Virus record (IMG/VR): IMGVR_UViG_3300032285_001005
Span: 1-59,617 of that record
DNA: 59,617 bases
Direction: 5' to 3' (one strand)
Source: a virus
Lineage: Duplodnaviria > Caudoviricetes
Shown: positions 35,337 through 45,400 of the stretch, piece by piece
How positions within the stretch are numbered: the first letter of the stretch is position 1
Layout: each line of letters opens with the position of its first letter
Program-made: the position numbers and the translations under genes
The notes under the pieces: model-generated
Told to the model about the DNA's origin: nothing
Seen by the model: only the letters and a program-made list of their open reading frames with translations
Databases searched by the model: none

Positions 35337-36848
35337 TCAAACAATGTTGAAGCCCTTTGACATCATGGGATGAACCAGATGCAAACTGTTCTTGCCACGG
35401 GTAAGCCCCACATAGAAAACGCGCATCTCGTCTTCTTCTTCATACATCGAACGCTTCCACTGTCCTTGGTTGCGCCTGACACCATCTGTTAGTAGCATGA
35501 CATTATCACATTCGGAACCTTTAGCCCCGTGGATTGTGGATATCGTTATACGTGATTGGTCATCAAACGTACCACTCCTGAGACATGACCGAAGATATCT
35601 CCGGTCATCTTCTGAAATCTTTCCAAGAGTTTTGTCCCAAGGCTTGGTATGTAACAGCCCGTGTGACAACTGAAGCGTTGAAATATCGAGCATGGCGTTC
35701 TCTGGCACTCCGGGAAGAGTTTTGTGTCCACGCTCAACATCTTCACCTAAAACCATGTAACGATACACGTTTTTGATCTGAAGGCATGGCACAACTTTAC
35801 CAGCGCGGAGCGATTCCCACGTCGTGACAGCGGCGATAATATCGCTCTTAATCGTCCTGCCATTCTCATAGTGGTAAAGCAAACCTCTCTGCCGAACCTC
35901 TTCCTCAATCTGATCTGTTCCTTTTTTGGTACGTGCCAGTAGTAGCCACTTGCCTTGTGTCAGATCGACCTCTTCGCTGTGGCGATACCATGCGACAGTT
36001 CCCTCATCATCCCTTGGAAGGAATATCTTAGGACGGCGGTTCGTAACCCGTTGGATCAGGTTCTGTGAAATGACGTGGTGGCTTGAAGGAATACGATAGC
36101 TTTGTCCGAGGACCTCGACATTTCCTTTCAGGTTAATGAAATGGTTTACGTCAGCCCCTGCCCAACGGTAGATGGCTTGGTCGTCATCTCCCGCGATGTA
36201 GACGTTCTTGGCTTTCTGGGCGATCTGGTTGACCATTGTCCATTGCAGGGCAGACAGGTCTTGCGCCTCGTCCACGAACATAACGTCCAGACTTGGTGAA
36301 AGGTTCCGCTGAATGAACAATTCAATCAGGTCAGTGTAGTCGTAAAGATGCTTCTCTTTCTTGTAGGTCCGAAGGCCACGGTCCACGTACTCAACGCGGC
36401 TCCAATCGGTCCTCGTTGACACGGCAGAGTTGTTGTACGTTTCTCGTAAAGGAGTCTGTGTGATGCGGGACATATTGATGATTTCAAGGAACCGATCACC
36501 ATATCCAAAGTCCACGAAAGGTCCGTCGTTATAGGATGCGACCTCGATGAACCCCGCGATCTTCAACCACGCGGCGACCTCGATGTAGTCCTTCTGTGCC
36601 ATGAGACTGCTACGACCGACGCCGAGCATCTGATAGGCCAGACTATGAAGCGTCTTGAAGTATGGGAGTTCTTTCTCTGACATACCAAAGCGAACGACGG
36701 CGCGAAGCACTGCTTCTTGCGCCGCCTTTCTGGTGAAAGAAAAGTACCCGATTCTTTCTGGTGAAACCCCCTTAGCAAGATGTTCTTCAACTAGGTTTAA
36801 AAGCCTAGTTGTCTTGCCAGTTCCGGGTGGTCCTAGGATGATATTCAT
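35337..36848 (-). CDS. UvrD/Rep-like SF1 helicase
   Basis: GPPGTGKT, VDEAQD, AGDDDQAIY, STIHGAKG, YVGLTR. Confidence 0.92.
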   Translation of the reverse strand: MNIILGPPGTGKTTRLLNLVEEHLAKGVSPERIGYFSFTRKAAQEAVLRAVVRFGMSEKELPYFKTLHSLAYQMLGVGRSSLMAQKDYIEVAAWLKIAGFIEVASYNDGPFVDFGYGDRFLEIINMSRITQTPLRETYNNSAVSTRTDWSRVEYVDRGLRTYKKEKHLYDYTDLIELFIQRNLSPSLDVMFVDEAQDLSALQWTMVNQIAQKAKNVYIAGDDDQAIYRWAGADVNHFINLKGNVEVLGQSYRIPSSHHVISQNLIQRVTNRRPKIFLPRDDEGTVAWYRHSEEVDLTQGKWLLLARTKKGTDQIEEEVRQRGLLYHYENGRTIKSDIIAAVTTWESLRAGKVVPCLQIKNVYRYMVLGEDVERGHKTLPGVPENAMLDISTLQLSHGLLHTKPWDKTLGKISEDDRRYLRSCLRSGTFDDQSRITISTIHGAKGSECDNVMLLTDGVRRNQGQWKRSMYEEEDEMRVFYVGLTRGKNSLHLVHPMMSKGFNIV

Positions 36849-36849
36849 A

Positions 36850-38379
36850 TTACATGATACCATCATCACGTGGCATAGGAGGCAGTGGCAGAGACTTACC
36901 CTTAGCCGCATCACCAAAGAACTCTTGTTTAAAGTACCAGACGTGTACGCCCTTACCGTTCACATTCCAAAAGATACGCTCACCTTTCAACTCACGTAAC
37001 CTCAACCCAACCTTGTTGATTGTGTAGTTAAGAAAGTTATTGATCGTGAGATGCTTCATCAGGTCTTTGATCTGGAAGTAGACCTTGCCATCCATCCAGA
37101 TAGCGATGCCCTGCGCGATTTCTTCCTTCTCAAAACCACGAGCGCGATCACAGCAGAATGAGTTGAGCAAGTCTTCAAACGTCCCCTTAAGCGTGGCATC
37201 AGGAGCCACCTCAACAATCGTGATGTTCTCAAGAAGTCCTTGCATCCTCACCTGCCATGCCCGCTCTGTCATAGTCAGAGGAAACTTGTTGATTTGTGAC
37301 ACACATTCTTTCTGAAATATCTTCTGTGACACGAGGGCTTCCGTGCTTAGTTCTACACGAGCGCCATCTACGTTGAGCAACCAGATCGCTGGATCGCCGT
37401 TGATTTTGGTCAGACTAGTCAGTTCGTTGTTACGCTGACCGGGTCCGACACCGAACTTCCGTGTCATGCAAACGTCCTTGTTGCAGAACGAAGCAATCGG
37501 TTGGTCATCGCACTTGTAGAAGTAGTCTTTCTTTTGAAGCTGCTTGATAATGATAGCCACTTCCCCCGCTGACAGCGGCGGCTTCATGTACTTCATATTG
37601 TATGTCTGGATGACGTTTTCCCAATCTTCCTTGTTCGCCATCCGAGCATAAACACCCAGACTGAACAAAGCATTGTTACGACCGCCTTCACCAAACCCCT
37701 GAGCGCAAAGATGCTGCAAGCATGGTGGACCATGTGGCAGTAACTCTTCACTCTTCTTAGCCTTAGTGACAAGACCAAGAAACTGATCGACAGTCATAGT
37801 ATGGTCTATTGAATAGTCCAAAAACTCTTCAAGGCTCAGACTATCACCATGCGGCCCGAAAGCGTAACGCACTGTGTTATCGCCAGCGAAGTACGGCATG
37901 TTGATGAAGTTGCCCGTGTCACCACGCTCCACCAAAATCTCAGTCTGCTTTGGAAAGATTTCCGATCCTGAATATCCAAGGACCGAGGCTATCTCTATTA
38001 GCTTCGGGTGCAGATCAGCAGCCGCTATCTCTTCACTGAAAAAGAAATAAACGTGAGCGCCGCCAGACTTGCTGCGGCAAACCACAGCAGGGAAATTGTT
38101 CTTGTCTAGTTTCTCAATGAGGACCTTGTGGTCGATGTTGTAGCTATCGATGTCGATAGCGCCCCAATGACAATGGTTGTTATCCTTGATTGGAATAATC
38201 CCAAGACCGCTTTCTCCCTTGAGATGCTTCTCCCAGTGATCAAGTGTTGTTGGTTCTTGGATGACACGAGCAAAACCTTGCTTCTTGCCGTCCCGCTCTC
38301 TGTCCTTGGTGACGTTGAATACGCCGTGAGCGCGTCCATTCCCAAGGAACAAATTGTACATACGTTCTGTAAGTGACAT
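36850..38379 (-). CDS. Primase (AEP-like) with PriCT-type domain
   Basis: WGAIDID, RSKSGGAHVY, GNFINMPY, GGRNNALF. Confidence 0.8.
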   Translation of the reverse strand: MSLTERMYNLFLGNGRAHGVFNVTKDRERDGKKQGFARVIQEPTTLDHWEKHLKGESGLGIIPIKDNNHCHWGAIDIDSYNIDHKVLIEKLDKNNFPAVVCRSKSGGAHVYFFFSEEIAAADLHPKLIEIASVLGYSGSEIFPKQTEILVERGDTGNFINMPYFAGDNTVRYAFGPHGDSLSLEEFLDYSIDHTMTVDQFLGLVTKAKKSEELLPHGPPCLQHLCAQGFGEGGRNNALFSLGVYARMANKEDWENVIQTYNMKYMKPPLSAGEVAIIIKQLQKKDYFYKCDDQPIASFCNKDVCMTRKFGVGPGQRNNELTSLTKINGDPAIWLLNVDGARVELSTEALVSQKIFQKECVSQINKFPLTMTERAWQVRMQGLLENITIVEVAPDATLKGTFEDLLNSFCCDRARGFEKEEIAQGIAIWMDGKVYFQIKDLMKHLTINNFLNYTINKVGLRLRELKGERIFWNVNGKGVHVWYFKQEFFGDAAKGKSLPLPPMPRDDGIM

Positions 38380-38399
38380 TGCTCCCCCGATAGAAAATA

Positions 38400-38424
38400 C
38401 GGCCCTTGGAATGACCAAGGGCCG
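38400..38424 (-). terminator. Hairpin / weak terminator between the SSB-like and primase genes
   Basis: CGGCCCTTGG-N5-CCAAGGGCCG followed by TATTTTCT. Confidence 0.6.
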
Positions 38425-38439
38425 AGTTCCTAGTTCAAC

Positions 38440-39276
38440 TTAAAAAGGAGCATCCAGATCGTCGATAGAAGAACTATGACCACTTTGACTATTATGGTCA
38501 TCACCTTCTTGCTTGACCTTCACTTCGCCCGCCTTGACGGACTTGGAGAAAGCAACTGCCATTTCAAACAACGCCCTATCTGATGGTTCATTCATTTCAA
38601 GGACATAGTTCTTCGATACTTCCCACCCAAACCATGATCCTTTGTCATTACGCTCTTCGACCGTGGAGAGCGTATAGACATGAGACATCATAGGCATAAC
38701 GAACATGTTACCGTTCTTGCCTTTAGCCATGCTGGTCTGCATCTGTGTCAGCCACTTACGAGCCTTCTTCAACTGCGTCGAAGTCATCGTAATCAGGCAA
38801 CGGCGTGGGCTACCATCTGAGTCCAACATTAACACATAGAACTCAGCTGTATTGGTCAGTAGGTTTCCATTTGGAAGAATGTCGTTACCACGATCATCCT
38901 TGTAGGTCGTCTTGGTAATTGGGTCATCGACGCCATACGTACCAACATAACCGCCACCCTTCTCACGTGGTTTCCATTCAACATAGACGCGGCGATAGTA
39001 GCAAGGAATGACAGACACACCATCTTCACCACTGTAAACAGCGTTCTCAACCGTGTTGTAGATCATACCTGCTTCCGCACCTTGTACGTAAGCACCATCA
39101 CGCTTGTTCACCTGTGGTGACAGTTGAGCAAGAATACGGAGATAGGGAATAGATAGGTCCTGTGCAGAAACGCTTTCTAAACCTTCGTTGGCAAAAGCTT
39201 CGAAACCGCTGAAGTCTGTTACCGCAGGGAGTGCTGTTTTTGTGTCGGCTACAGCAACCGCATTAGACTTAGCCAT
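38440..39276 (-). CDS. ssDNA-binding-like protein
   Basis: DLSIPYLRILAQLSPQ...TQLKKARKW; acidic C-terminus DDLDAPF. Confidence 0.65.
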   Translation of the reverse strand: MAKSNAVAVADTKTALPAVTDFSGFEAFANEGLESVSAQDLSIPYLRILAQLSPQVNKRDGAYVQGAEAGMIYNTVENAVYSGEDGVSVIPCYYRRVYVEWKPREKGGGYVGTYGVDDPITKTTYKDDRGNDILPNGNLLTNTAEFYVLMLDSDGSPRRCLITMTSTQLKKARKWLTQMQTSMAKGKNGNMFVMPMMSHVYTLSTVEERNDKGSWFGWEVSKNYVLEMNEPSDRALFEMAVAFSKSVKAGEVKVKQEGDDHNSQSGHSSSIDDLDAPF

Positions 39277-39280
39277 GCTC

Positions 39281-39832
39281 TTATTTCCTCTTAATCTTGG
39301 CTTTATCACCGATGAAAATACCAAATAGATCGGACGGTATCGGCTCACCGCTTTCGACCTGTTCTTTCACAAACGCTTTAAGGGTCATTGGTTCTACCCA
39401 TACTTTCTGGGAAGTCTCATAACCATCGTCTTCGAGTTGTGTGCGAAGCTTCTGTGCAGCCTCGTCCTCGGAACGTCCGAAGCTGACAGCCAACTGGTTC
39501 TTGATTAGGCCATCATGACCATTATCGCGAAGCCAATCAAATGCTTCTTCCTGACGTGCTTTTGGAATCGATGCAGAGTAGTACTTCGATACCGATATCT
39601 CACTACCGTCGTCCATTTTGAGTTTAGCCATGCCGTACTCAGCCATAGCCGCTGGTAGTAAGTCTTCTGCCACGACGTTTAAATCTTTTTTCGCCGTGGC
39701 AAGTTCTAGTTCAAGGTCTTCAACCCGCTTCTCTAGTGCAAGCTGTTGCCTGACAAGAGATGCGATTTGAGACAGGCCCTGCTCTTCAATCTGTTGAAGA
39801 TCAGTAGCAACGTCTTCAAAATCAAAACTCAT
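39281..39832 (-). CDS. Conserved phage replication-module protein
   Basis: AFDWLRDNGHDGLIKN...VEPMTLKAFVKEQ. Confidence 0.75.
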   Translation of the reverse strand: MSFDFEDVATDLQQIEEQGLSQIASLVRQQLALEKRVEDLELELATAKKDLNVVAEDLLPAAMAEYGMAKLKMDDGSEISVSKYYSASIPKARQEEAFDWLRDNGHDGLIKNQLAVSFGRSEDEAAQKLRTQLEDDGYETSQKVWVEPMTLKAFVKEQVESGEPIPSDLFGIFIGDKAKIKRK

Positions 39833-40160
39833 CGCTTTCATTTCCCATTTCTATAAGTAGGTCTACCGAATAATAAGCTTCTTGCAACCTATCCCATTTC
39901 AATATCTTAACCTTACCGCCATTGTTAAGAGCGGCAACTGTAAAGCAAACCGCAATACATGCGGGATCACCGGAAAGAAGGAGATAGTCTAAGTCACTGA
40001 AATCCTTCAATGTTTCCTCAATCAAATTAACGATAGAGGACTTCATGTTACGATTGTCTGTGATTTGGTTTTCTGATGGAAGGACAACTTGCAGAGGCCC
40101 GAAGTCAAGGGCGTTCGACAAATCTTTTCCACGCATTTCATGAGTTATATACACAGTCAT
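39822..40160 (-). CDS. Hypothetical protein
   Basis: DYLLLSGDP...ILKWDR; GAAAGGAAG leader. Confidence 0.75.
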   Translation of the reverse strand: MTVYITHEMRGKDLSNALDFGPLQVVLPSENQITDNRNMKSSIVNLIEETLKDFSDLDYLLLSGDPACIAVCFTVAALNNGGKVKILKWDRLQEAYYSVDLLIEMGNESDEF

Positions 40161-40182
40161 TCTTTCTTCCTTTCCAACCCCG

Positions 40183-40211
40183 AACTTATTGATGCAGTGA
40201 AAATCTGTCAA
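40183..40211 (-). promoter_or_regulatory. Sigma70-like promoter TTGACA-N17-TAAGTT for the replication operon
   Basis: Perfect -35 and correct spacing. Confidence 0.7.
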
Positions 40212-40450
40212 GCGGGTCTTCCATTTTTATTTTTATACCCATATAAGAAAGAGCGGGGCGGCGTGTTTTTGCTGTTTCCACGTCTTGGGTCAACCGAAGC
40301 AGAGCAGCGTCAGGGCGATCACCCGTTTGGTTTTGTAGTAGTGGATGTCCTGAGCAGTCTGCGTTTGCTGCTAAGATTACTACTAGACATCCCGCAAGCC
40401 TTCGCAGGGGGCTACTATGTTTCCGTGCCACAGAAAGAGAAAGAAATACG

Positions 40451-41923
40451 ATGCAACCTATTGTAACTAAATACGAATTCAAACTCCCTCCCTACGAACA
40501 CCAGAACATCGCTCTTAAGAAAAGTTGGAACAAAGAAGAGTTCGCCTTGTTCTGTGAGATGGGGACGGGCAAGTCCAAAATGCTCATCGATAACATCGGT
40601 ATCCTGTTCGAGCGGGACGAAATAAAAGCTGCGCTAATTGTCGCACCTAAAGGCGTGTACAAAAATTGGCAGAGGTCCGAGTTGCCTCGTCATATGCCAG
40701 ATCGCATCCTTGAGAAGACCGATGTCGTCGCATGGTCTCCAGCAACGTCTATTAAGAATAAGAAAGAACTGGAACTATCTCTCAAGAAGGATGGTCGCTA
40801 CAAAATCCTTGTCATGAACATCGAAGCGTTCTCCACAGCAAAGGGAACCGAGTTCGCTTCAAAGTTTTGTGATGCCCATGAATGTCTAATGGCCGTGGAC
40901 GAAAGCACGACGATCAAGAACCGTTCTGCACAGCGCACTAAGAGCGTAATCAAGGTCGGTCAGAAAGCAAAGTACCGCCGTATCATGACGGGATCGCCTG
41001 TCACCAAATCGCCTATGGATTTGTATTCACAGTGTGCGTTCCTTGATCCAAAGAAGTTGGGCTACACATCTTTCTTCTCGTTCCAAGGACGGTATGCCAA
41101 GACCATCCGTCGCACTATGGGAAGCCACAGCTTCAACCAAGTCGTCGGTTATCAGCATCTGGATGAACTGGCGACAAAGCTAGATGACTTCAGTTATCGG
41201 GTCTTGAAGAAGGATTGCCTTGATCTTCCTGAAAAGGTCTACATCAAGCGCGTCGTCGAGATGACTGACAAGCAAGCTGTGTCCTATAATTTTATGAAGA
41301 AGCTGGCCCTGACCAAAATTCAGGACGAGGTTGGCGACATCACGACTGTGTCCGCAGCAAACGTCTTGACACAGATTCTCCGGCTTCAGCAAATCTGCTC
41401 AGGCTCTGTCAAGAACGACGACGGCGAGATCGTCGATCTACCTACCAATAAATTAGATGAATTGTTGGCGGTCATCGATGAGACAGAAGGCAAGATCATC
41501 ATCTGGGCCGTCTTTGTCAGCGATCTGCTCAAAATAACGGATATGCTTAACACGACGTTTGGGGCCGGATCAGCGGCGTCTTTCTACGGTGACACAAAGC
41601 CGGAAGAGCGGCAGGACATCGTCGAGAAGTTCCAAGATCCCAACAACAAGCTTCGCTTCTTTGTTGGAAACCCCCGCGTCGGCGGGATGGGTCTGACGCT
41701 TACGGAGGCTAAGACGGTCATCTATTATTCCAACGTCTACGATTTGGAAGTCCGGCTACAGTCCGAGGACAGAGCGCATCGTATCGGCCAAAAGAATAAC
41801 GTGACTTACATTGATCTCGTCTGTGAGAACACTGTGGAAGAGAAAATCCTACAGGCTCTTAGGGACAAGATCGACGTAGCCACGTTAATCATGAAAGACG
41901 GACATAAAGATTGGCTTATCTGA
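40451..41923 (+). CDS. SNF2-family helicase
   Basis: EMGTGKS, VDES, MTGSP, GGMGLTL, QSEDRAHRIGQ. Confidence 0.93.
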   Translation: MQPIVTKYEFKLPPYEHQNIALKKSWNKEEFALFCEMGTGKSKMLIDNIGILFERDEIKAALIVAPKGVYKNWQRSELPRHMPDRILEKTDVVAWSPATSIKNKKELELSLKKDGRYKILVMNIEAFSTAKGTEFASKFCDAHECLMAVDESTTIKNRSAQRTKSVIKVGQKAKYRRIMTGSPVTKSPMDLYSQCAFLDPKKLGYTSFFSFQGRYAKTIRRTMGSHSFNQVVGYQHLDELATKLDDFSYRVLKKDCLDLPEKVYIKRVVEMTDKQAVSYNFMKKLALTKIQDEVGDITTVSAANVLTQILRLQQICSGSVKNDDGEIVDLPTNKLDELLAVIDETEGKIIIWAVFVSDLLKITDMLNTTFGAGSAASFYGDTKPEERQDIVEKFQDPNNKLRFFVGNPRVGGMGLTLTEAKTVIYYSNVYDLEVRLQSEDRAHRIGQKNNVTYIDLVCENTVEEKILQALRDKIDVATLIMKDGHKDWLI

Positions 41924-42461
41924 CTACCATCTTGAAGGCCAGATTTTCCACCTGCGCTACACGGTTGGACCAACCAAGTCCGAAGGTAGCGAAGGTCGGA
42001 AGCGCCTGAAGAAACGCCAGACGCTTGTCGCTTAGATCAGTAATGATCTGGGTTGGCGTCATGAGGCCGATAGCTTCAAAGGTCATAGGACCGAGGTTCC
42101 CGTCTGCCTTGACTCCGACCACTTCCTGAAGAAATTTGATCGCCCGACTCGGTCCGCTGTTTACGGCGAAATCCATGACAGCGTAATCGACTCCAGCAGG
42201 AAGTGTGTCACCGTGACATGTATCCCAGTACTTGGCTTTATAGAATGGTGCCACCGTGTCAGGGCGTAGTGACCGCATGTCAGATTCTGTCACCGGGTGT
42301 CCCACATATGCTTCCCAAGCTTTCTTCGTGACACCAAGCTGTGTCATGCCGCCCGGATCAGCAGGATTGTTTACAAACCCAAATGGGTTGCGAGGGTCAT
42401 TTGGGTGATAGCCTTCCGCAGTTAGAACATGGGAAAGGCAGACCATAAAGTTGTTGTTCAT
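41916..42461 (-). CDS. Endolysin, glycoside hydrolase 108 plus PG-binding domain
   Basis: EG...DPGGMTQLGVT, DFAVNSG, FGLGWSNR. Confidence 0.9.
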   Translation of the reverse strand: MNNNFMVCLSHVLTAEGYHPNDPRNPFGFVNNPADPGGMTQLGVTKKAWEAYVGHPVTESDMRSLRPDTVAPFYKAKYWDTCHGDTLPAGVDYAVMDFAVNSGPSRAIKFLQEVVGVKADGNLGPMTFEAIGLMTPTQIITDLSDKRLAFLQALPTFATFGLGWSNRVAQVENLAFKMVVR

Positions 42462-45400
42462 TTTGTTGCTCTTAGTTTTTGCGCTGCACCAATAGCAGGT
42501 AGTGTGTCAGCGGCATACTGCTGGAGTTCTTTACTCTTTTGGAGAATCGTGTCGTTTAGATCTTTGATCTTTGTCGCACGTTGCTCAGGGGAAAGGCTTT
42601 GATCCTTACCCACGATGCTTTGGAACGATTTGATCCGGTTGATCTCGTTTTGCATGTAAGTAAGATTTAGCCCGCGTTGCAAGTCAGCTTGAAGTGGCAT
42701 CATACGCAACCCAAACAAGCTGGCGATAGATTCAGCCATGTCGGGGGTCGGCGTACCCTTCTTCTGTTTACCCGTACCTAAGTCAAAAAGGCTATTATAA
42801 ATTTTTGTGAGTGCGCCACCACCTTGGGATGGATTGCGGAAATCGACATTCAGCATTGGCGGGATCGCTTGGTTAGCGATGTAGTTGAACATATCGATTG
42901 CCTGATTGGTCGGCGTGTCACGTGGGTCCATGATCGGCTTGTTAGTCAGAGGGTCCGTCCCCGTAGACAAAGCTGTAATCGCAGCAACCATCGGACCGGA
43001 TGGCGTTACAAGTTTTGCAACGCCTTTTCCGAGTTCGGATACTTTGCCTGACCGATACATGGCGATGAACGGGTCGGTAAACGACGACCATGGAAAATAG
43101 CCAGCGATGTCAGCGTAAGCGATGTTGCCGTCTTTGTCCCGATATGGGAGGAAATGAAGTGAGCCGTTGTTACGGATATATTCAGGCAAACTTTTACGCA
43201 TTGCATCTAATTCCTCCTGTGACAGGTTGAGTGCTGCCATCGTCCCAGCAGGAAGTGCATACGCCAAAGCGACATACGGAGCAAACCGTAATGGATGCTC
43301 AACCGCTGTCTTGATGAACATCGGAAGGGCTTTGTAATAGTATGTCACGAACGGAAGGCCGAGGGGCGTGTTCCGAAGATACCGGATATTTTGGTTCACC
43401 AAGCTGTAGTCGAAGAGGGCTTCGTTAGCAGAGTTCACTGCCTCAGATGGAGCGAGCTTCTCGTCTTGAACGCCATGCAGATACTTGGCAAACTTAAAGA
43501 TAACTTCGGACTTCTGGTACAGATCGCCAGCTTTACCCGTCAATTCGCCGTACAAAATACGAGCCATTGTGAACGCAGAGAACGGCGTTGTCTCAGACGA
43601 GTGCTTGCGGTTGAACTGCTTCAACCGATCCAACGCACCACGTAACTCAGCCGAGGACATCGTGCCACCCGTGATACCGAACTTCTTGGCTTCTTGCCAG
43701 TTCTTGCTATTGGACGACATTTCTTCCAAGGACTTCATGATGAAGCCCGGAATTTTGTGAAGCGGAACGCCACCAAACGTATGCAATGCGAAGACGTTTG
43801 ATATGACGTTCGTTGCTTGCGTCGGAATATTCAAGGTCGTCTTGAAGAGCTTCCACTGCGAGCCGATCTTGTTGATTGCACTGTGTTCGTCACCGAATAC
43901 GCGCTCAATGAATGGACGGTTCTCTTTCCCAACTGGGATGAACGTACCGACAAGATCGTTATAAATACCCTTCTGAACCCATGCACCAGCGAGTGGTCCA
44001 TACCGTTTATCTTCCGGCATCTTGGAGTAGTTCGTCAGATCGATCTTAGCCTGTTTGAAGTCAGCAATCGCCTGATCAGCAATCCGGTCCATGTTATAGG
44101 ACTCATCAACCATCGTCTTCGCTTGAACTTTGTCACGAAGACCAGCTTCAGGAGCGATGTGTTCCCGAATCTCTTGAGCCATGTTCTTGAGGGTGTAAGG
44201 CGATACTTTACGCCCACGCCAATCTACGAACTGATTCGCTGCAACCCAAGGGGCTTGTCCCTTCTCAGGACCGAAGGCCGAGAGCTTATTCAAGAAGTCA
44301 ATCATCGCAAGATCACGTGCAGGCCGCGACAGTGCAACGTATGTCAGATAAGCGGGGTCACGGATTTCACCGAGAATGTCACGCTCTTCCCTTGAAAGGT
44401 CCTCATCACGAGCCATGAGGAATTCCATACGTGACTTACCTGCCATTGGTGTTTTAAGATTACGATTGGTGAGTTCGTTATACAGATAGAGCCGTGGCAG
44501 ATAGCGATCCACGTAATTCTGGAAGCTGGCTTCAGGAAGAAGACCTGCATCAACTAACTTCCGACCTAGGTCCTTGATCTTCTCTTTTGCTTCGATTGCA
44601 GCCGCCCGAACATCTGCGTCCTTGATCTTTGCCGGATCAGCATTAGCCGTCGTCAGAAACTCAAATGCCGATTTGGAATCTTCCATCGAAGCCTTGGCAA
44701 GGCGCTTGTTCAAACCTTCTGCCAATTCATGTGACATAGTCACTTCACCGTGCATCAGATTACGAAGCATCAGATAGGACTTGATATCGCTGACACGAGA
44801 AAGGGGGTCAAAGAACTCTTTCAGCGCACCGAAGCCACGAGCAAACGTATCCGATGCAGCCTTCGTGGCAGTACCCTGACCTGAAGCGGCGATCTGCTTG
44901 GATGCTTCAGCATTTGCCTTTGTGTATTCAGCAACCTCTCCCGGCAGAGTTTTTGGTGTCCGCTCACCAGCACCCAACCCAGCCTGCCGTTCACCAGCAC
45001 TCGTGGCACGGAAAACGTCCTCAACATTCTGGAAGCCCTGACCACGGAACATGTTACCCACACGTTCCTTGAAGTCACGGACATAATTCAGCAACCGAGT
45101 AAAGGCCGAACCAATACCAGAAGCAGATTGGCCGTTCTGGATTGCGTGATCCAGATAACCAAACACTGCGGCTTGTAGCTCGCGCTCTTTTACAGGTTGG
45201 CTGTATTTGTCGAGATAGTTCTCAGGGTAATTCTTCTGAAGACTATCATAGATAGAAAGCCCCGTGTCAGGGTCCTTCATCTGCTTCAGCTTACGGAGAA
45301 GATTTGGGTCGATCTCATCAAGAGAAGTAGCACCTTTAAAAGCCCTATTAATGATGCTCGAAGCTTTCTTGTCATGCAGAGCAAACAAATCTTGCAAGAC

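Noticed and set aside
40251-40413. Hammerhead ribozyme or tRNA
   Set aside because: No CUGANGA/GAAA core and no T-loop or cloverleaf; I found no tRNA anywhere by eye
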